Of a stretch of 32,000 nucleotides of DNA, positions 27,215-32,000 are shown piece by piece. Under the pieces are notes generated by a model. That model was not told the origin of the DNA and did not search any database. It worked only from the letters and a program-made list of their open reading frames with translations. Source of the DNA: Candidatus Electronema halotolerans (lineage in GTDB: Bacteria > Desulfobacterota > Desulfobulbia > Desulfobulbales > Desulfobulbaceae). The translations under genes were made by a program, and so were the position numbers. The stretch spans positions 2,670,001-2,702,000 of the forward strand of contig OW818675.1 in NCBI GenBank assembly GCA_942493095.1. Reading direction: 5' to 3'. Within the stretch, counting starts at the first letter, position 1. Every line of letters starts with the position of its first letter.

Positions 27215-28027
27215 ATGCGCCGTTTTTTCTACGACCCAGCTCAAGAAAGCGATGGCCATCTGCTGATTGAAGGCGCAGAGGCGCATCACATCAGCACTGT
27301 GCTGCGGCTGCGCCTTGGTGAGACAGCGGAGCTGCTGGACGGCGCAGGCCGGGTGTTGACCGGCCAGATTGAGCGAATCAGCGCGGACAGGGTGCTGTTC
27401 CGCATTCTCAGCCGCCGCCAAGAGCCGGAAAGCCGCAGTCCATTGACCTTGGCAGCGGCTCTGCTCAAAGGCAAAAAGATGGACCTGCTTGTCCAGAAGG
27501 CGACAGAGCTTGGGGTTCACCATTTTATTCCGGTCATCACCCGCTACTGCGAGCCGCAGGGCCGGGATAAACATGCCGCCGACCGCTGGCAGCGGATCAT
27601 GCTGGAAGCCTGCAAGCAGTGCGGACGGCCTTGGTTGATGCGGATCAGCACGCCGCTGCCCCTGCATGAGCTGGAGATTCCAGCGGACAGTTTGAAAATC
27701 ATGCCGTGGGAAAGAGAAACAGCTTGCTCTTTTTCCGATATTACAATGCAAGCCGGGCAGCCTGCGCTGCTGCTGATCGGGCCGGAAGGCGGCTTTCATC
27801 CGCAAGAAGTTGACTTTGCCAAGCAATGCGGCTTCAGAACCGTCTCGCTCGGCCCCAGAATCCTGCGGGCGGAAACCGCCGCCCTGACTGCTGCAGTGCT
27901 GGTCCAGAACGGCTTGGGCAATCTCGCCCCTGCGCCAGAACATCATTTCACACCTGACAATGGCCCTGAGAAAGATAATCACCCATCCTCATCCGGTGCT
28001 GCGGGAGAAAGCAGCGGAAATCAATGA
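27215..28027 (+). CDS. rsmE: 16S rRNA (uracil(1498)-N(3))-methyltransferase
   Basis: RRFFYDP, EAHHISTVLRLRLGE, KGKKMDLLVQKATELGVHHFIPV, LLIGPEGGFHPQEVDFA, SLGPRILRAETAALTA. Confidence 0.95.
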   Translation: MRRFFYDPAQESDGHLLIEGAEAHHISTVLRLRLGETAELLDGAGRVLTGQIERISADRVLFRILSRRQEPESRSPLTLAAALLKGKKMDLLVQKATELGVHHFIPVITRYCEPQGRDKHAADRWQRIMLEACKQCGRPWLMRISTPLPLHELEIPADSLKIMPWERETACSFSDITMQAGQPALLLIGPEGGFHPQEVDFAKQCGFRTVSLGPRILRAETAALTAAVLVQNGLGNLAPAPEHHFTPDNGPEKDNHPSSSGAAGESSGNQ

Positions 28028-28469
28028 ATTCGATGACAGCCTCCGGCAGCTTGCCAAGGACATGGCGGAAACCATGTATCATGCGCCGGGCGTGGGGCTG
28101 GCCGGCAATCAGATCGGCATTGCCCAGCAAATTATCGTGGTTGACATTTCCAGCAAAGAAGATGAGCGAAAACACATTGTCCTGATCAATCCAGTGCTTT
28201 CTGAAGGCCAAGGCTGCGAGAGCGGCAACGAGGGCTGCCTGAGCGTGCTTGAATATGATGCCAAAGTGGAGCGCTTCACAAAAATTCGCGTCCAAGCCAA
28301 AAATCTGGACGGCAAGGAGCTGGACTTCATTGCTGAAGACCGCTTGGCCCGGATCATCCAGCACGAGGTTGACCATCTGCGCGGCATCCTCTTTATTGAC
28401 CGAATCAGCAGGCTCAAGCAGGATTTGTACAAGCGGAAGCTGAAAAAAATTCTCAACCGGAATACGTGA
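27960..28469 (+). CDS. def: Peptide deformylase
   Basis: Motifs GVGLAGNQIG, EGCLS, QHEVDHLRG. Confidence 0.97.
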   Translation: MALRKIITHPHPVLREKAAEINEFDDSLRQLAKDMAETMYHAPGVGLAGNQIGIAQQIIVVDISSKEDERKHIVLINPVLSEGQGCESGNEGCLSVLEYDAKVERFTKIRVQAKNLDGKELDFIAEDRLARIIQHEVDHLRGILFIDRISRLKQDLYKRKLKKILNRNT

Positions 28470-28478
28470 CAAGGCCGG

Positions 28479-29762
28479 ATGCAGCAGTCTGAACACGATT
28501 TTCTTGCCTTTGACCGCCAGCATCTCTGGCATCCCTACACTTCGATGACCGCGCCGCTGCCAGTGCATCTGGCAGCCTCAGCCAGCGGAGTGCGGCTCAG
28601 GCTGGCCGATGGCCGGGAGCTGATCGACGGCATGTCTTCGTGGTGGGCGGCGATCCACGGCTACAATCATCCGGTGCTCAATGCCGCTCTCCGCGCCCAA
28701 GCCGAGAAAATGGCTCATGTCATGTTCGGCGGCCTGACTCATGAGCCTGCCATTGAACTGTGCCAGCTTCTGCTGGAGATTGTTCCAGCCGGATTGGACA
28801 AGGTCTTTCTCTGCGATTCCGGCTCAGTCTCGGTCGAGGTGGCGATGAAAATGGCCCTGCAATATCAGCAGGCCAGAGGCTTGCCGGAAAAAAACCGCTT
28901 CCTCACCGTGCGCGGCGGGTATCATGGCGACACCTTTCATGCCATGTCGGTCTGCGATCCGGTCACAGGAATGCACAGCCTGTTCAGCCGCGCCCTGCCA
29001 AAGCAGCTTTTTGCCCCCCGCCCGCAATGCCGTTTCGGTGCGGACTGGCAGCCGGAGGACATTGCCGAGCTGGCGGCCCTGCTTGCTGCGCATCATAGCG
29101 AAATCGCGGCAGTCATCATCGAGCCGATTGTCCAAGGCGCGGGCGGGATGTGGTTTTATCATCCTCAGTATCTGCGCCAGCTACGCCAGCTCTGCGACCA
29201 GCATGACGCGCTGCTGATTTTTGACGAAATCGCCACTGGTTTTGGCCGCACGGGCAAAATGTTCGCTGCTGAACATGCCGGGGTCAGCCCGGATATTCTC
29301 TGTCTGGGCAAGGCCTTGACTGGCGGGTGCATGACGCTGGCCGCCGCGCTTTGCACAGACAGCGTGGCCCGCGCCATCTGCCAAGGAGAGCCGGGCCTGT
29401 TCATGCACGGCCCGACCTTCATGGCCAATCCTTTAGCCTGCGCAGTGGCGGCGGCTTCCATCAAGCTGCTCCTGCAAACAGACTGGCAGGAGAAAATCCA
29501 CGCGATTGAAGCGCAGTTACGGCAGGAGCTGGAACCAGCCCGGAACATAAACAATGTTGCAGACGTGCGGGTGCTGGGGGCCATTGGCGTGCTTGAACTG
29601 CGCCAGCCGGTTGACATGGCTGCGCTCCAGCAATTTTTTATTGCCCAAGGAGTGTGGATCCGGCCTTTTGGCCGTTTAATCTATCTGATGCCGCCCTATA
29701 TCATCAACACTGCGGAGCTGACCGCGCTGACGCAGGCGGCTCTGCTGGCCGCTTCCTCTTGA
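28479..29762 (+). CDS. bioA: Adenosylmethionine-8-amino-7-oxononanoate aminotransferase
   Basis: [42 protein letters not shown]-like motif ([21 protein letters not shown]), [48 protein letters not shown]. Confidence 0.96.
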   Translation: MQQSEHDFLAFDRQHLWHPYTSMTAPLPVHLAASASGVRLRLADGRELIDGMSSWWAAIHGYNHPVLNAALRAQAEKMAHVMFGGLTHEPAIELCQLLLEIVPAGLDKVFLCDSGSVSVEVAMKMALQYQQARGLPEKNRFLTVRGGYHGDTFHAMSVCDPVTGMHSLFSRALPKQLFAPRPQCRFGADWQPEDIAELAALLAAHHSEIAAVIIEPIVQGAGGMWFYHPQYLRQLRQLCDQHDALLIFDEIATGFGRTGKMFAAEHAGVSPDILCLGKALTGGCMTLAAALCTDSVARAICQGEPGLFMHGPTFMANPLACAVAAASIKLLLQTDWQEKIHAIEAQLRQELEPARNINNVADVRVLGAIGVLELRQPVDMAALQQFFIAQGVWIRPFGRLIYLMPPYIINTAELTALTQAALLAASS

Positions 29763-29843
29763 ACAGAAGCGGCAAATCTTGTATGATTAAAGATTTCTTG
29801 CAAAAGTCTCTCCATTCTATCCCTTCAGCAAACGGCAGGCATC

Positions 29844-30233
29844 GTGAACACAGGCATACGCAACTTCACCCGTATCAACTTCGATCATACGGTGCGGCTG
29901 GATTTCGGACAAAAGCAGTACGATCAGCAAAGCATCTGCAATCTCAGCCTGGGCGGCATCTGCATCAAAGGGCAGTTTGCGCAGAAAAAAGGCGACCGAT
30001 GCGCAATAGAGCTGCATAAAAGCGAGGACATGCTGCTGCCTGTGGAATTCCGGGCCAAAGGTGTGGTCGCGTGGGTGAGCAGCGACCGCATGGCCATTCA
30101 ATTCACGGAGATGGAGCATGAGAGCCTGATTTTTCTTCAGACTGCTCTGCTGTATCAGGCTGATGACCCGATGCTGCTGGGCACGGAATTTGGTCGGGAT
30201 GTGTCCTTTCAGGTGGTGGAGCAGGACGACTGA
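29844..30233 (+). CDS. PilZ-domain protein
   Basis: NFTRINFDHTVRLDF...ICNLSLGGICIKG...GVVAWVSSDRMAIQFTEM PilZ pattern (R near N-terminus, NLSxGG). Confidence 0.75.
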   Translation: MNTGIRNFTRINFDHTVRLDFGQKQYDQQSICNLSLGGICIKGQFAQKKGDRCAIELHKSEDMLLPVEFRAKGVVAWVSSDRMAIQFTEMEHESLIFLQTALLYQADDPMLLGTEFGRDVSFQVVEQDD

Positions 30234-30236
30234 GGC

Positions 30237-31325
30237 TTACTGCTTCCTGACAATCGCCATTGCATCGCCGTAGCTGAAAAAGCGGTAGTTCTGTGCCACC
30301 GCCTCAGCGTAGGCGGCCAGAATCCGTTCCCGCCCGGCCAAGGCTGAAACCAGAAAAAGCAGCGATGAGCAGGGCAGGTGAAAATTGGTGATCAGATTAT
30401 CCACCGCTTTGAAGCGATAGCCCGGATAGATGTAGAGGCCGCAGAGTCCTTGGGTCGGCTGAACAAGGCCTGTCTCATCCGCAGCAAATTCAAGGGTGCG
30501 GGCCGTGGTCGTGCCCACTGCCCAAATCCTGCGGCCAGCCTGCCGGGCCGCATTGACCGCCTCGGCAGTCTCTTCTGGAACGCGGACAAATTCCTGATGA
30601 ATCTGATGCTCGCGAATGTCGCGGTGCCGCACCGGGGCAAAGGTGCCGTAGCCGACATGCAGAGTCACGGCAGCCTGCCTGATTCCTTTTTCCTCCAGCT
30701 CCGCCAAAAGCTGCCGACTGAAATGCAGCCCGGCAGTAGGCGCGGCCACTGAGCCAAGCTGCTGCGCATATTCGGTCTGATACCGCTGCGCATCCGCCGC
30801 TGTGCTGCCTGCGGGCCGCCGGATGTAGGGCGGCAGGGGTAGCTGGCCGTGCTGGTCAAGCAGCTGGGCAAGATCAGCCATTGGCGGGTGCAGCAGCCTG
30901 ACCCTGACCTTGCCATCCGGCAGCAGCTCCTCAACGCGGGCTTGGAGATCATCAGCAAAATGCAGACGGCTGCCACGCTTGGGCCGTTTGGAACTCCTGA
31001 GCAGAGCCAAGGCCGTTGCCTCGCCCAGCCTGTTGCTCTCTGGAAAATGAAGCAGAAGCAGCTCCACCTTGCCGCCAGTGTCTTTTGTGCCAAAAAGGCG
31101 GGCCGGAAAGACCTTGCTGTTGTTGACCACAAGCAGATCGCCGGGCCGGAGCAGATCGCCTGCATCGGCAAAACAGCTGTGCCGGAGCGTGTCCTCGACG
31201 CAGTCAATAATCAGCAGCCGGGACTGGTCGCGCTGATCAGCAGGCTGCTGGGCAATCAGACGCTCCGGCAGAGGATAGTCGTAGGACGAGAGGCGGAACT
31301 GCGCCTCCGGGATATGTTCTGGCAT
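30237..31325 (-). CDS. queA: S-adenosylmethionine:tRNA ribosyltransferase-isomerase
   Basis: YDYPLPERLIAQQPADQRDQSRLL, VVNNSKVFPARLFG, VAAPTAGLHFS, VTLHVGYGTFAPVR, LITNFHLPCSSLLFLVSA. Confidence 0.97.
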   Translation of the reverse strand: MPEHIPEAQFRLSSYDYPLPERLIAQQPADQRDQSRLLIIDCVEDTLRHSCFADAGDLLRPGDLLVVNNSKVFPARLFGTKDTGGKVELLLLHFPESNRLGEATALALLRSSKRPKRGSRLHFADDLQARVEELLPDGKVRVRLLHPPMADLAQLLDQHGQLPLPPYIRRPAGSTAADAQRYQTEYAQQLGSVAAPTAGLHFSRQLLAELEEKGIRQAAVTLHVGYGTFAPVRHRDIREHQIHQEFVRVPEETAEAVNAARQAGRRIWAVGTTTARTLEFAADETGLVQPTQGLCGLYIYPGYRFKAVDNLITNFHLPCSSLLFLVSALAGRERILAAYAEAVAQNYRFFSYGDAMAIVRKQ

Positions 31326-31333
31326 AAATCTGC

Positions 31334-31371
31334 TAAGATAAAGAACCGCTGCCGGGGACTCTCGGCAGCGG
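31334..31371 (-). terminator. Intrinsic terminator for the ORF at the right edge
   Basis: CCGCTGCCG/CGGCAGCGG 9-bp perfect stem, 8-nt loop; minus-strand tail TTCTTTATCTT. Confidence 0.8.
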
Positions 31372-31388
31372 CTGGGAAGGAAGGCGGC

Positions 31389-32000
31389 TCAGAGCTGGGA
31401 ATCGTTGTAAGGGTTGCCGGGATAAATCGCTTCCGGCGCAGCGGGTCGGTATTCCGGCAGATACGGCCTGTCAAAGGTGATCTCACTGTCATCGCAGAAC
31501 GGAGCGCAGCTTTCTGTCTTGCTGCTTTCAACCTTGACCTTGCTTTTCGACCTGCCGTCAGCATCTGTGACCACAGAGATGTTGATCTTGGTTTCTGTGC
31601 GGTTGGCTGACTTGTTCACAGACGGTCGCACCTTCTTTTTCATGATCTCAATGCTGCGGCCTGTCCATGCGCTGGCGCAGCAGCTGTCCAAGGTGCGGCA
31701 GGAAATTGTCTGCCAGCCAAGATCATGAAAGCGGAAAGGGACATTCATCTCCTGTCCCGGCCTCACCCAGCCGGAATCATACGGATTGCTGTAATTCCAA
31801 TCAGAGCCGGAGGCCACGCACTGCACTCGCACATATCCACCTTGACGGCAGATGCCTGCGGTGACAGGAATGTCAATTGACCTGTCAAGCCGGGCTGCGC
31901 GGGGATGCTCGCTGACTAAGGGGCGGCCCAAGCCTTGGCCTGCGGGATATTTTTCAGGTTCAGGATAGGGAGAGGTTTCTTGGACATAGCCGAGAATCTG
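31389..32000 (-). CDS. Hypothetical protein, N-terminus beyond window
   Basis: The reading frame of the tracked 180-aa ORF (31389..31931, non-ATG TTG start) stays open to base 32000: QILGYVQETSPYPEPEKYPAGQG-LGRPLVSEHP..., so it is an edge-truncated longer ORF. Confidence 0.6.
   Translation of the reverse strand, partial: QILGYVQETSPYPEPEKYPAGQGLGRPLVSEHPRAARLDRSIDIPVTAGICRQGGYVRVQCVASGSDWNYSNPYDSGWVRPGQEMNVPFRFHDLGWQTISCRTLDSCCASAWTGRSIEIMKKKVRPSVNKSANRTETKINISVVTDADGRSKSKVKVESSKTESCAPFCDDSEITFDRPYLPEYRPAAPEAIYPGNPYNDSQL

Overview
The window looks chromosomal, probably from a Desulfobacterota/deltaproteobacterial-type genome (inference from gene content only). Housekeeping genes recognised: lysS, ablA/kamA, ablB, an rlmD-like methyltransferase, glgB, ricT-like, holB, rsmE, def, bioA, queA, tRNA-Arg(TCG) and tRNA-Thr(CGT). 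Accessory pieces: an edge-truncated secreted metzincin protease missed by the ORF track, a shortened HicB-like antitoxin, a two-nuclease operon (RusA-like plus PD-(D/E)XK with a HEPN-like tail), a VapBC pair followed by a small membrane protein, a decayed Schlafen/AlbA_2 gene, a 2561-aa coiled-coil/OmpA protein with internal tandem repeats, an octaheme-type lipoprotein cytochrome, and a Cys-rich secreted protein. The most unusual non-coding signal is an intergenic array at 23070-23238. It has eight copies of an 8-bp core (CACTGGTG or its reverse complement, some with mismatches) at exactly 23-bp spacing in mixed orientation, followed by a plus-strand terminator-like hairpin with no coding gene to terminate. 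The best candidates for something undescribed are this array, the giant coiled-coil protein and the two-nuclease operon.
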